Positions 1 to 9,395 of a stretch of DNA of 64,000 nt are shown here, piece by piece (the first letter of the stretch is position 1; each line of letters opens with the position of its first letter). The notes under the pieces are model-generated. The model did not search any database, had not been told where the DNA came from, and saw only the letters and a program-made list of their open reading frames with translations. The translations under genes were made by a program, and so were the position numbers. The DNA comes from Planctomycetota bacterium. Its GTDB lineage: Bacteria > Planctomycetota > UBA11346. Location of the stretch: NCBI GenBank assembly GCA_013816485.1, contig JACDEI010000010.1, positions 54,854 to 118,853 of the forward strand, written 5' to 3'.

Positions 1-63
1 GCGTCGTGGACCTTTCCAGAGGCGGATCCGCCGCTCATGCGCTGCACCGGATTTCCCGCACCA

Positions 64-2625
64 TCAGTGCGGGAAGTCCGACGCCTTGCCGGTTTCGATC
101 AACTGCTGCCAGATCGCCTCGAACTGGTCGCGCGCCTGACCGCCAAGCACGTCGGTCAGCGGCGTGGTGCCATCGTCCTGCGCGAACTTCGGCATGCGCG
201 TGGTGGGATCGAAGCGCAGCGGACTGAGCATCCAGCGATGATAGTAGTCCTTCTGCAGGCGTTGACCGGCGTAGCCCAGGTTGATGCCGGGAGCTTCGAA
301 GATCGCCACCGCCGGTGCGGAGCCGAGGCTGTGGCACTGGTTGCAGTTGAAGCCCCCGTCGGCGCCGAGCAGTTTGATGCCGTCTTCCGCACCGGGGCCG
401 GGCGAGGGCGGATGTGCTGGCGACACCGGCGGCAGGCCGTGCGACATCGCCAAACCCTGCGCGATCACATCCGCTCCAGCCTTGAACGCGGGCATGCGCT
501 GATCGAGCCACGGACGCGTGCGGTAGGGCAGTTCACCCTTCAGCAGTTTCGCCGTCCACTCCGGACGCAGCTTGTCGCCGGTAAAGGTCAGCATCGGTGG
601 CGGATTGCCGGAGGCGGCGCCGCCTTCGCCGTGTTCGCCGTGTTGCACGGCGGCGGGCGCGGGCGGCAGGCCGGCGACGAATTTCTCCATCACGCCACCC
701 ATACCGGAGAACGTCGATTGGATGCCATCACGTTGGTGGCACGACGTGCAACGCTGCGCGTCGATGCGGCGTTCGGCGAACTCGACGTGATCGCGCACGG
801 CGAGCGACTTGTGATCGGTCTTGATGAAACCGCGCAGGGCGGAGATCTCATCACCACTGAAGCCGTAATCCGGCGCGCGTTTGCGCGACACGGCATCGGT
901 AGCCAAGCAGCCGTTGGCGCGGTTCTGCGCCAGGTCTTTCAGTTTGGTGCCGATCACGGGCGGCACGTCGCCGAGCTGGTGGCACGATGCGCAACCCGCG
1001 CCGGCCATCAGCACTTTGCCCAGACCGGCGTCGCCGCCGCTGATTTTCTTGGGTTCCTCCGCGCCGTTCTTTAGCAGCCACGCGGCCAGATCGGTCGCTT
1101 CGGCTTCCGTGAAGCCGAAGGTCGGCATCTTGATCCAGGCGTAGTGTTTCGCCGGTTCACGCAAGAAGGCGGCCAGCGCCTTGGGTTTCCACTTCGACTT
1201 CACGTGCGTCAGGGCGATGTGCGCCGGTGAATCACCATTGGCCATATGGCACGAGGCGCAGGCGAGTTTGGCGAATAGGTGACCACCGCGACCGACCGCC
1301 GCGTCATCAGCGGCGAGCGCGCCGTCGTCGCCTTTGCCGAGGGTCGCCAGGTACGCCGCCATCGCCGCGGCTTCGCCATCCATGTCGGCATCAGTCTTGC
1401 CATCGGTGACGATCAGCTTGGGCATCGAGGCGTGTGCGCGCAGGGCCTTGGGATCGCGGATCCACGCGGCCATCCAGCCCTGATTCAGGCGGGCACCGAC
1501 CTCGCGCAGGTCCGGCGCATCCATCGCCAGCTCGGGCATGCCTTCGGCGGTGGCGGCATCCGCAGCGTGGCATTTGGTGCAGCGCATGGTGGCGACCAGT
1601 TCACGACCACTGCGCAGCTTGGCGCTGGCGCGAAATTCCTTGGTGCCGGTGTTGTGCGTGAACAGTGTTGCCGGTACCGGTTCGGTCGGAATTTCTGAAC
1701 CGGACCACAACAACCGCAACTTCGCATCGCCGCTGGCCGGGCTCTTGTAGGCCAAGGAAATCGGGTTGGCGCCCTTGTTGAGTCTGATCTTGCCGGCTTT
1801 GCCACTGGCGAGATCCGGTCCATCGAACGTGAGCACCTCAGTGCCGTTGACGGTGAACGTCAGTGAGCCGGTGCCTTCGGCGGTGAAGGCGACCTTGTCC
1901 CACACGTCCTTGTTGATGAAACCGTTGAAGGTCGCGGTGAAGGCGCCCGCAGCAATGAATGGAGTCGGCGCGGATCCCGCCGGAACGTAGAGCGACAACA
2001 CCCGAGCGGTGCGCTGATCAATCTCGCCACCAGCTTGCGACTGCACGACCAGGGTCAGGCCCCGTTCGACGACATCCTTGGGCGGCGCTTCCGTCTTCGG
2101 CGGTGTCGGTTGAGCAGGTTGGGTGGGTGTGGTCGGAGCTTGGGCAAACGGCGAGGTCGGGGCCTGCGCCGGATTCGCCGCTGCGGGTTGCGCGGGTGTC
2201 GTTGGTTGGGTTGGTGTGGTTGGCGTGGTCGGTGCCGTCACCGGTTTACCGGCGTCGGCTACCACCGGCGCCACCGCCGGACGCGGCCAGAACAGCAGCA
2301 GGCCGTTGCCAGCCAACGCCAGCAGTACCAGCACGAGGCTGATGGGCAGGCTGAGAGGGGGACGAGAATCACCGGTCGGGGTCGGGTCGCTCACGGAACG
2401 CTCCAGCGGGAAATTGCGCGCGCAGCTTTCCGCGCGGAGGGCCGTCGTCCAGCGGTGGTCGGTCCAGCCAACACCGTGCGGAATGCGGAAGGCGTTTTTA
2501 CCGCAGAGGCCGCAGAGGCCGCAGAGATGAGCATCAGGCTTCCCTCTGCGCCCTCTGCACCCGCTGAAGTTAATGTCTCCGGTTGGCGGATGTCCGGAAA
2601 CACCACGACCGCGGTGGTTTCCCAC
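64..2625 (-). CDS. Multiheme c-type cytochrome domain protein. It has five CxxCH motifs, an N-terminal hydrophobic anchor and a Pro/Thr-rich linker. It is probably co-transcribed with the upstream PA14/dehydrogenase gene. The true start is likely internal, near 2400 (VSDPTPTG...).
   Basis: Translation contains CTKCH, CASCHM, CASCHQ, CTSCHQ and CNQCHS. A hydrophobic stretch LVLVLLALAGNGLLLFW is followed by a TPTTPTQPTTPAQP linker. The gene lies 45 nt downstream of the 962-aa gene on the same strand. The upstream extension of the ORF runs through a GCAGAGG repeat and is unlikely to be coding. Confidence 0.7.
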   Translation of the reverse strand: MGNHRGRGVSGHPPTGDINFSGCRGRRGKPDAHLCGLCGLCGKNAFRIPHGVGWTDHRWTTALRAESCARNFPLERSVSDPTPTGDSRPPLSLPISLVLVLLALAGNGLLLFWPRPAVAPVVADAGKPVTAPTTPTTPTQPTTPAQPAAANPAQAPTSPFAQAPTTPTQPAQPTPPKTEAPPKDVVERGLTLVVQSQAGGEIDQRTARVLSLYVPAGSAPTPFIAAGAFTATFNGFINKDVWDKVAFTAEGTGSLTFTVNGTEVLTFDGPDLASGKAGKIRLNKGANPISLAYKSPASGDAKLRLLWSGSEIPTEPVPATLFTHNTGTKEFRASAKLRSGRELVATMRCTKCHAADAATAEGMPELAMDAPDLREVGARLNQGWMAAWIRDPKALRAHASMPKLIVTDGKTDADMDGEAAAMAAYLATLGKGDDGALAADDAAVGRGGHLFAKLACASCHMANGDSPAHIALTHVKSKWKPKALAAFLREPAKHYAWIKMPTFGFTEAEATDLAAWLLKNGAEEPKKISGGDAGLGKVLMAGAGCASCHQLGDVPPVIGTKLKDLAQNRANGCLATDAVSRKRAPDYGFSGDEISALRGFIKTDHKSLAVRDHVEFAERRIDAQRCTSCHQRDGIQSTFSGMGGVMEKFVAGLPPAPAAVQHGEHGEGGAASGNPPPMLTFTGDKLRPEWTAKLLKGELPYRTRPWLDQRMPAFKAGADVIAQGLAMSHGLPPVSPAHPPSPGPGAEDGIKLLGADGGFNCNQCHSLGSAPAVAIFEAPGINLGYAGQRLQKDYYHRWMLSPLRFDPTTRMPKFAQDDGTTPLTDVLGGQARDQFEAIWQQLIETGKASDFPH
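2501..2560. repeat. Tandem-heptamer inverted-repeat element: (GCAGAGGCC)x3, then the complementary (CCCTCTGC)x2. It sits in the intergenic leader between the 962-aa and 853-aa genes.
   Basis: Left arm ccgcagaggccgcagaggccgcagag is at 2501-2526 and right arm ccctctgcgccctctgcac at 2542-2560. The right arm is the reverse complement of the left. The same architecture recurs at 10203, 18771 and 31487. Confidence 0.7.
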
Positions 2626-2669
2626 CGCGGTCGTCGTGCGCCATCAGGCGAGTCGGCTGATCGGCGTGA

Positions 2670-5558
2670 TCAGTTGGTCGGCACGTAGTTGATGGTGTTG
2701 AAGATCTCTTGGCTGATGGCGTCGCCGCCCTTGGTGGCGATGCGGAACTTGATGTTCATCTGCATCACTACCTGGACCGGCATTTCCAGGAACACCGTCT
2801 TGCCGTCAGCCCCGAGGGTGGCGTTGGCGATCTCGACCTTGTCGTGGCCCTTCTCTTTATCGCCGGAACTCGGCTTGAACTCAGGTGAACCGTAGTTGCT
2901 GGTCCACGCGTAGTTCCACACCTCGACCTGGTAGTTGTCCTTGTTGCTGGCCTCGGCCTTGTCGAGTTCGGTGGTGAACTTCAGCTCGACGCCGTTCTTT
3001 TTGATCGACAGGGCGGAGACCGAGTTGAACGCCTCGCCGGTGAAGCGCACGCGTTGCAGGCCGCCGTCCTTGGCGCCGTTGGTCTGCCAACCCTTCAGGC
3101 CGGCGACGTAAAGCTGGCCGTCCTTGGGGTTGAAACGACCGCGCGCGATGCCGGTGTTGAACGCCAAGGGCATTTGCACCGTGCCGCCCTGCCAACCGCA
3201 GTTGTTCGCGGCGTCGGGGATTTTCTCCATTAGCACCATGTGCAGATTGGACCTGCCGTAGCTGATGTGCAGCAGGCGCTCGCTCAGCGGGCCCCACTTG
3301 TCGCCCTTGGGTGACCACACCTGACCGCCGTTGGAATTGTCGATGCGGTGCGGGGTCCAGTAGATTGGGCGGGTGTAGTCGGTGGGCGGCGGATTCACGT
3401 GCGAGAGATCTGGCACGCCGACGAACATCGGGATCTTGTGCGGCGGGATGGCGGTGACGCGGCACTGCGGGGTCCAGGTCCCTTCGTTGTCACCGACGGT
3501 GACGAGATTGTCCGGACCGCCGTAGCCCGAGCCGTTGGGCGCGCGCACACCGGTTCCGATGACCTCGAGTTTCGAACCGTCCTTGCTCACGCGCATGACG
3601 GTGCCGGCGTGTTCGCTGATGGTTTCCCAACCGCGACCGCCTGGGCGCACGGGTCCGCCCTTGGCGAAGATGAAGTTGCCCTGGCCGTCGGTGTGCAGGT
3701 CGAGGACGAATTCATGGAAGCCTGGGGTGGCGTGCATGTCGTTGTTGAACGACTCGAAGAAGTCCGCCTCGCCATCCTTGTTGAGGTCGTGAAAGCGGGT
3801 GAGCTGGTCTTTGCCGATGGTGTAAACCACGTCGTCGACGATTTTCAGGCCAAGGGTCTGGTAGAGACCGGCGGCGTACCGCTTCCAGGTCAGCTTCTCC
3901 AGCTTGTCATCGATGCCGGAGCACACCCACACGTCGCCGTTCCAGGTCGACACCGCCGCGCGGCCGTCGCTGAAGAAGTCGACGCCAGCGAGGCGCAGCT
4001 TGGAACCGTAGGGATTGTCATCCGGCAGGGTGATGGTGTCGACGGTGTAGCCACCTTCATTCTTGCCGACCGCGCCCTTGGTCTCGACGGTCTGCGCCCA
4101 CAGCGCCGGACCGCCCTTGGTGAGCGTCGCCGGATCGGTGGCCGCGCTCGCGCCTTTTGCCGCGGCGGCGTCAGCGCTCAATGCGAGCTTGAACACACCG
4201 GCAGCGCCGGCGGGCACCTTCATCAGGATGCGATTGCCGTCGACCGCGAGCGTCACGCCCGCGGGCGCACCGACGAGCGCGGCCGAGACCGCGTCAGCGC
4301 CGGACTTGAGGGTGGCGACGCCGCCCTCGACCGCGCCAGCGCCGTTCGGTAGTTCGCTTACCACCATGGTCGAGGCGGCGGCGAACTTGGCGAGATTGAA
4401 GGTGCGGGTGATGATCTTGCCGTCGGCTTCCAGGCTTGGCAGTTCGAGCACCGCGGAACCGCCGACGGTGTAGCTCAGCACGACCTTGTCGCCGTTGAGG
4501 TAGAGGCCTTTGTATTGCGCCCAGTTTTTCGGCAGTGGGCCGAACGGCTCACTGCGTGGATCAGCGAAACTGTCGCCCTTCGACCAGCCCGGTCCGGCGC
4601 TGGTGCCGAACAGCTGATCGCCAGCGACCGTGGGTCCAGCGGGCCCGTGGCTGCCGTCATAGGCGATGCCCTTCATGTTCAGCCAGCCGCCGGTCCAGCC
4701 GGCAACGTAGCGCATCAGATCGGTGTCGAAACACACGCCAGCCTTGAGGCCCTCTTTGCCCACACCGGCACCGATGTTGATGGCGATACCTTTGTTGGCG
4801 ATGTTCTTGTCCGGCCACTGACCGGTGATGGTGGCTGAGTGGACCGGGCCGGTGTCCATCTTGTAGAACCACGCGCCCTGGTCGCCTCCGCCTCCGCCTC
4901 CGCCTCCGCCTCCAGCCTTGATCTTCTTCCACGCGGCTTCGTCCCACGAGATCGCGGCGAGCGCGGCCTTGTCGTAGGCCAGCGCCGAGGTCGGGATCGG
5001 CTGTTCGTCGCCGCCGGGTGCTTTCCAGAAGGCCTTGCAGCCACCGCCGCCGCCGCCTTGGAAGTATTCGATGAGGATGGCGTGGTCGCCGGCGGTCAGT
5101 TCGACCTCACCGGACTTCTTTTCCATGCCGTGCGAACCACCGTTGTCGACCACCTGCTTGCCGTCGATGAAGAGGCGCGAGCCGTCATCCGACTCGGTGA
5201 TGAAGGTGTACTTGCCGGCGGTGGCGATTTTCACCACGCCGCTCCAGCGGACCACGAAGTTGGTGGCGAGCTTGCTCCCGTGAAAATTGCCTTCGACGCT
5301 GTCGAAGTTCACGGTCTTATCGACGCGCACCAGGGTCGGCTTCTGACCATCGAGCTTGATGAAGTCGCCAACGCCGTCCTTCTGCGCGAAGTACTCACCG
5401 ATCAGACCGGGTTGCAGATCGGCAGCGCTGACCGCGGCCATGGCGGCAAGCAGGGGGATGAGGGCGAGCGAACGAGTGGTGCGGAACAGTCCCATGGTCA
5501 GTGGATCCTTAAAGGGTGCGGGGAAGGATGAGTCCATACCCGGTTGCGGGCACGGCAT
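2670..5558 (-). CDS. Secreted PA14-domain plus beta-propeller 'membrane-bound dehydrogenase domain' protein (glucose/sorbosone-dehydrogenase-like fold), with poly-Gly linkers.
   Basis: Signal-like N-terminus MGLFRTTRSLALIPLLAAMAAVSAA. PA14-like block GLIGEYFAQKDG...KYTFITESDDGSRLFIDGKQVVDNGGSHGMEKKSGEVELTAGDHAILIEYFQGGGGGG. The propeller-like region contains YGSKLRLAGVDFFSDGRAAVSTWNGDVWV...TVGDNEGTW. Architecture matches the PVC-type dehydrogenase family that usually carries a cytochrome c module; here that module is in the next gene. Confidence 0.7.
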   Translation of the reverse strand: MPCPQPGMDSSFPAPFKDPLTMGLFRTTRSLALIPLLAAMAAVSAADLQPGLIGEYFAQKDGVGDFIKLDGQKPTLVRVDKTVNFDSVEGNFHGSKLATNFVVRWSGVVKIATAGKYTFITESDDGSRLFIDGKQVVDNGGSHGMEKKSGEVELTAGDHAILIEYFQGGGGGGCKAFWKAPGGDEQPIPTSALAYDKAALAAISWDEAAWKKIKAGGGGGGGGGGDQGAWFYKMDTGPVHSATITGQWPDKNIANKGIAINIGAGVGKEGLKAGVCFDTDLMRYVAGWTGGWLNMKGIAYDGSHGPAGPTVAGDQLFGTSAGPGWSKGDSFADPRSEPFGPLPKNWAQYKGLYLNGDKVVLSYTVGGSAVLELPSLEADGKIITRTFNLAKFAAASTMVVSELPNGAGAVEGGVATLKSGADAVSAALVGAPAGVTLAVDGNRILMKVPAGAAGVFKLALSADAAAAKGASAATDPATLTKGGPALWAQTVETKGAVGKNEGGYTVDTITLPDDNPYGSKLRLAGVDFFSDGRAAVSTWNGDVWVCSGIDDKLEKLTWKRYAAGLYQTLGLKIVDDVVYTIGKDQLTRFHDLNKDGEADFFESFNNDMHATPGFHEFVLDLHTDGQGNFIFAKGGPVRPGGRGWETISEHAGTVMRVSKDGSKLEVIGTGVRAPNGSGYGGPDNLVTVGDNEGTWTPQCRVTAIPPHKIPMFVGVPDLSHVNPPPTDYTRPIYWTPHRIDNSNGGQVWSPKGDKWGPLSERLLHISYGRSNLHMVLMEKIPDAANNCGWQGGTVQMPLAFNTGIARGRFNPKDGQLYVAGLKGWQTNGAKDGGLQRVRFTGEAFNSVSALSIKKNGVELKFTTELDKAEASNKDNYQVEVWNYAWTSNYGSPEFKPSSGDKEKGHDKVEIANATLGADGKTVFLEMPVQVVMQMNIKFRIATKGGDAISQEIFNTINYVPTN

Positions 5559-5864
5559 TGTTCACTTTACAGATAGCACAGACGCGCGGCGGGTTGCCTG
5601 GTCTTATGACCACGGCGACGGGATCCGTCGCCAGGGACGTAGGATACGTTGTGTGCGACGTTCCTGTACATCGGGAGCGCAGCGTGATGCAGCAACGTCC
5701 CAGGTGCAACCGCGTGACCGCGTTCCGCGCGCGGAGGGGGTGCGACGGCGGCGGAAGTGGCAACCTGTGGCGAAAACGCCAATCCCCGCGGCGTGCGGTT
5801 GTTATCGCAGGATGCCGGGTTGGCCTATTCCCGTGACGAGTCCGGTGGTTAAGACCCGCAACCC

Positions 5865-6665
5865 ATGTCCGCCGATCCGTTCCAACCCATGTCCATGCCA
5901 CTTGTGATCTCCGCCATCGTGGCGGTGGTGCTGCTGGTGACCCACGCCGGCATCGCGCTGGCCATTGTCCGCGGTGTTGCTGGCGACGACGGCGAGGCGC
6001 GCGGCGCGGGCAAACGTTTCTTCCTACGCGCGGCTTTGGTGCTGATGGCGCTGACCTTGGCCCTGGTGCCAGTGACCGCGTGGATGTTGGCACCCGCTGG
6101 CCTGACCACGCGCACCCTCGCGGCCATCGGCCTGGGGCAGCTCTGCTTGCTGGTGAGCATCATGTGGAGTTGGCGCGAACTGGCGGCGCCCGCACATGGC
6201 AGCCCGCGCACCACGCATGCCTTCGGCGCACTGGTGCTGTTCTGCGTGTCGCTGGTGGTGGCGAAGGTGGTGCATCAGGACGAGACCCGTCATGCGTACC
6301 TGGTGGCCAATCCGCCGAAGCTGATGGTGGTCGAAGCTCTGCCGCTGACGACGCCACCGGCCACGACACCACCGGTGACCACATCGACCACGCCACCCGC
6401 CGACGTCGACCCGGAATTCGCCAAGGGCGAAAAGGTTTTCAAGTCGGTCTGCATCGTCTGCCACGCGCTGGACACGCGCCTGGTCGGTCCGCCGATCCGC
6501 GAACTCGTCAAAGACTACCAAGGCAATCCCGACGGCATCGCCGCGTGGGCCAAGGCCCCGGGCAAGAAACGCCCAGATTATCCGCCGATGATTGCCGTGC
6601 CGCTGCCGGATGCAGACCTGCGGGCGGCGGGCGTGTACATGCTGAAGGTCGCGGAGACGAAGTAG
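5865..6665 (+). CDS. Polytopic membrane protein with a C-terminal mono-heme cytochrome c domain.
   Basis: Four predicted TM helices at the N-terminus, a TTPPATTPPVTTSTTPP linker, then KVFKSVCIVCHALDTRLVGPP (CxxCH). It is divergent from the PA14 gene. Confidence 0.6.
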   Translation: MSADPFQPMSMPLVISAIVAVVLLVTHAGIALAIVRGVAGDDGEARGAGKRFFLRAALVLMALTLALVPVTAWMLAPAGLTTRTLAAIGLGQLCLLVSIMWSWRELAAPAHGSPRTTHAFGALVLFCVSLVVAKVVHQDETRHAYLVANPPKLMVVEALPLTTPPATTPPVTTSTTPPADVDPEFAKGEKVFKSVCIVCHALDTRLVGPPIRELVKDYQGNPDGIAAWAKAPGKKRPDYPPMIAVPLPDADLRAAGVYMLKVAETK

Positions 6666-6770
6666 GGCGACTGGCGATCGGCGACTGGCGATCGGCGACT
6701 GGCGATCGGCGATCGGCGACCCGCGACCGGCAACCGGCGACCGGCGACCGATGGCCCATCGCCCATCGCC
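6666..6770. repeat. Tandem repeat tract (GGCGACTGGCGATC)x3 followed by degenerate GGCGACC / CCATCGC repeats, between the convergent cytochrome gene and queF.
   Basis: Sequence ggcgactggcgatcggcgactggcgatcggcgactggcgatcggcgatcggcgacccgcgaccggcaaccggcgaccggcgaccgatggcccatcgcccatcgcc. The two ends are partly complementary (ggcgat / atcgcc). Confidence 0.7.
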
Positions 6771-6783
6771 AACTCCACCGCCA

Positions 6784-7335
6784 TCAAACCGTTCGCGGAT
6801 ACTGCGGCGCATATTTCCCAGGCGCGTATCCGCTCAAGCGATCGCTCAACAATTTCTGCATCGCCTCGTCGCTCGGCTCGGCGTACTGCACGAATGGCCA
6901 GATCGCGATCGAGCCGCGGCTGTCGAACTGGCCGATGACTTCGAGGTAGCGTGGGGCAAGCAGGCGTACCAGGTCATCGCAGATGATGCGGCAGACGTCC
7001 TCGTGGAAGTCGCCGTGCATGCGGAAGCTGCCGAGGTACTCCTTGAAGGATTTGCTTTCGACGAGCTGCGTTGCTGGGATGTAGTTGAGGTAGATGTCAG
7101 CCCAGTCCGGTTGCCCAGTGACGGGGCAGAGGCTGGTGAAGCGCAGGCAGTTGTTCGATACCCACATGCGGTCGCAGACGAATTCGCGGCTGGTCGACAG
7201 TGGCACTGCTTCGAGCAGTTTGGGGGCGTAGGTGAATGGCGTGTCGCGGCGTTTGCCGAGCGTCGCGCTGGGCAAATGTTTGCCGGTGCGGCTGGTGCTC
7301 TTGGAGGTCTGGGCGGATGAACGGGCGCGGGCCAT
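6784..7335 (-). CDS. queF: NADPH-dependent 7-cyano-7-deazaguanine (preQ0) reductase QueF.
   Basis: Contains FTSLCPVTGQPDWADIYLNY (catalytic Cys) and the ESKSFKEYLGSFR motif. The start may be internal. Confidence 0.85.
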   Translation of the reverse strand: MARARSSAQTSKSTSRTGKHLPSATLGKRRDTPFTYAPKLLEAVPLSTSREFVCDRMWVSNNCLRFTSLCPVTGQPDWADIYLNYIPATQLVESKSFKEYLGSFRMHGDFHEDVCRIICDDLVRLLAPRYLEVIGQFDSRGSIAIWPFVQYAEPSDEAMQKLLSDRLSGYAPGKYAPQYPRTV

Positions 7336-7427
7336 GGGGTACCTCGGGGCAGCGGATCATGTGGGTTTTTCCGCTTTTCCCACTGCCAAGGAGCGGTCGC
7401 GCACGGATCGCCATCACTGCCGGTGGT

Positions 7428-7967
7428 TCAACCAAAGAGCCAGCGCACCAGGCGGTAGAGTCCGTAAACGATCACCAGGGCGATGACGACCAGGATCAGG
7501 CACCCGAGGATGCCGCCGGAGGACCTGCTGTTCTCCTGATCGGCGAAGACGTAGCGCTTGGTCCACGGGATCTTAAATTCACGCGCGGTGCGTACGCAGG
7601 CCTCAACGACCTTTTGTACGACCTCCTTTTCAGCGCCCTTGTCGTTCATGAGTTGCTGGTAGGCCTTGTTGTGATCGCCGGCGTGTTGCACCAGTGCTGA
7701 ACGCACATGCAGCACGGTCTTCAAGATGTAGCGCTGCATGCGCTCGTCGGCGACCCGCAAAGGACCGGCGAGGTAGGCGAGCAGATCCTCTGGTGACCGG
7801 TCATGGTAGAGGTGGACATAGACTGCTTCGCAGAGCAGGCCGAAGCCCAGGGCAGCATTTTCTTGTGTGACCAACTGGATGCCGATGCCGGTCGGGACCA
7901 TGCCGACGGAAGTAAGATCCTTACGGAAAACACCACGCAGGGTGGCGATTTGATCGTCGTCAGTCAT
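7428..7967 (-). CDS. Hypothetical protein with a C-terminal transmembrane anchor.
   Basis: ORF of 179 aa with a hydrophobic C-terminus GGILGCLILVVIALVIVYGLYRLV. No family recognised. Confidence 0.45.
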   Translation of the reverse strand: MTDDDQIATLRGVFRKDLTSVGMVPTGIGIQLVTQENAALGFGLLCEAVYVHLYHDRSPEDLLAYLAGPLRVADERMQRYILKTVLHVRSALVQHAGDHNKAYQQLMNDKGAEKEVVQKVVEACVRTAREFKIPWTKRYVFADQENSRSSGGILGCLILVVIALVIVYGLYRLVRWLFG

Positions 7968-8079
7968 AGGTTTGCTCCACGTGTCGGGAGCAACGTTAGG
8001 TCATGTTACGCAGGAGGTCAACGCGGACGACACCGGCTGTTCGGACCTCAACGGAGCAAGCTCTCACCCCAATCCGGGT

Positions 8080-8742
8080 TCACGGCCCGATGCGAAACAT
8101 CGCGTCGTCGAGCGGCTGGTCGTAGATCGCCTCCAGCACGGTGAAGTCGAAGCGGTTGCCTTGCGGGTCCTCACTGCGGATGGCGGTGAGTTTCTGGTCG
8201 GCGGAGAAGGTCAGCACCAGGACGGTGAGTTGTTCCTTCAGCTTCGCGGCGAGCGGCGTCAGGGTGATGATGGTGCGGTGGTCGGCGGCAGCCGTGGCCA
8301 TGACGGCAAAGTCCTTTTGCATGGCGACGAGATCGAAACGGAAACAGGTGAGCACCAAGCGATCAACTTCATCTCCGGTACCAACAGCGGTTTTCTTGAC
8401 GTCGGGCGCTTGACCGTCGAACAACTGGGTCACTTCCGTGCGCGTCACACCATCGCTGATGAAGCTCAGCTTGTAGTCCTGGTCCTGCGGCTTGGTCAGG
8501 ACCAGGGCGTAATGATCAGGAAAGCGCAGGTAAAACCGCACGTGTTCCTCACGTACCGGTGCGCCGGGATCGTCGCGTTGGCTGGTCAGCCAGCGCAACC
8601 TGCCCTGTACGGTGGTGTGGCCCTGGTGCGCGGCGACGACCTGTTCCAGCCGCGCCGCATCGTGCGTCGCTTCGGCGCTGAACGTTCCCGCAGGCGGGAG
8701 GAACAGCGCGAGCATCAGCCAACCTTGCACGGGTAGACGCAT
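8080..8742 (-). CDS. LolA-like periplasmic lipoprotein carrier/chaperone.
   Basis: Signal peptide MRLPVQGWLMLALFLPPAGTFSA. The body resembles the LolA fold (FRYLRFPDHYALVLTKPQDQDYKLSFISDGVT...LVLTFSADQKLTAIRSEDPQGNRFDFTV). ATG at 8742 confirmed on the reverse strand. The longer 402-aa ORF extension is rejected. Confidence 0.55.
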   Translation of the reverse strand: MRLPVQGWLMLALFLPPAGTFSAEATHDAARLEQVVAAHQGHTTVQGRLRWLTSQRDDPGAPVREEHVRFYLRFPDHYALVLTKPQDQDYKLSFISDGVTRTEVTQLFDGQAPDVKKTAVGTGDEVDRLVLTCFRFDLVAMQKDFAVMATAAADHRTIITLTPLAAKLKEQLTVLVLTFSADQKLTAIRSEDPQGNRFDFTVLEAIYDQPLDDAMFRIGP

Positions 8743-8832
8743 GCCGGATGGTCTGGCGCGTTGGTGGTGGTGCAACGCGTTGCAGCGCTGGGTGCCACCG
8801 GCATCACGCAGGCACTGCCGGAGGATTCCACC

Positions 8833-9393
8833 ATGGCCACCATCCTGGTCGTGCTCGCCCCAGGAGCCGAGGAGATCGAAGCCGTCGCCGTGCCCGACGT
8901 GTTGGTGCGCGCCGGACAGACCGTGACCGTGGCCAGCACGGCCGATGTGCCGGTGGTCGTGGGCAGTCGTGGCATCCCGCTCGCGGCGCACACGCTGCTC
9001 GATCAGGTGCGGCACCAGACCTTCGATGTGGTGTACCTGCCTGGCGGGGGCGGCTCCGCCGCGACGCATCGCGACGACCCGCGCATCCAGGACTTGGCGC
9101 AGGCGCAGCTTGCGAGCGGTCGCATCCTGGCGGTGATCTGTGCCGCCCCCATCGCACTGGTCCCACGCGGCCTCTGCCGTGGACGGCGGCTGACCTCGTA
9201 CCCAGGGGTCCGTGCGCAGGTCGAACCGCATTGCGCCGCCTGGCTCGACCAGCGGGTGGTGGTCGACGGCAACCTCATCACCTCGCAAGGGCCGGGCACT
9301 GCGCTGGCCCTGGGGTTGGAACTGGCCCGGCTGACCGCCGGTGCGGACGTTGCCAGCAAGGTGGCACGAGACATGCTGGCCATCGTCGTCTGA
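8833..9393 (+). CDS. DJ-1/PfpI (ThiJ) family protein.
   Basis: MATILVVLAPGAEEIEAVAVPDVL...VICAAPIALV...QVEPHCAAWLDQRVVVDGNLITSQGPGTA. The nucleophile elbow is AAP rather than Cys-His. Confidence 0.85.
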   Translation: MATILVVLAPGAEEIEAVAVPDVLVRAGQTVTVASTADVPVVVGSRGIPLAAHTLLDQVRHQTFDVVYLPGGGGSAATHRDDPRIQDLAQAQLASGRILAVICAAPIALVPRGLCRGRRLTSYPGVRAQVEPHCAAWLDQRVVVDGNLITSQGPGTALALGLELARLTAGADVASKVARDMLAIVV

Positions 9394-9395
9394 TC

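Noticed and set aside
37-1074. 345-aa plus-strand ORF at the window start.
   Set aside because: Antisense to the CxxCH cytochrome gene. No motifs.
3348-4352. 334-aa plus-strand ORF.
   Set aside because: Antisense to the PA14/propeller gene.
6024-6949. Overlapping ORFs 6024-6812(-) and 6080-6949(+).
   Set aside because: They traverse the GGCGAC tandem repeat and are antisense to the membrane cytochrome gene and queF. Arg/Gly-rich noise.
8743-9288. N-terminal extension of the LolA-like ORF (the 402-aa version).
   Set aside because: A signal peptide begins at the internal Met (8742). The extension overlaps the DJ-1/PfpI gene on the other strand.
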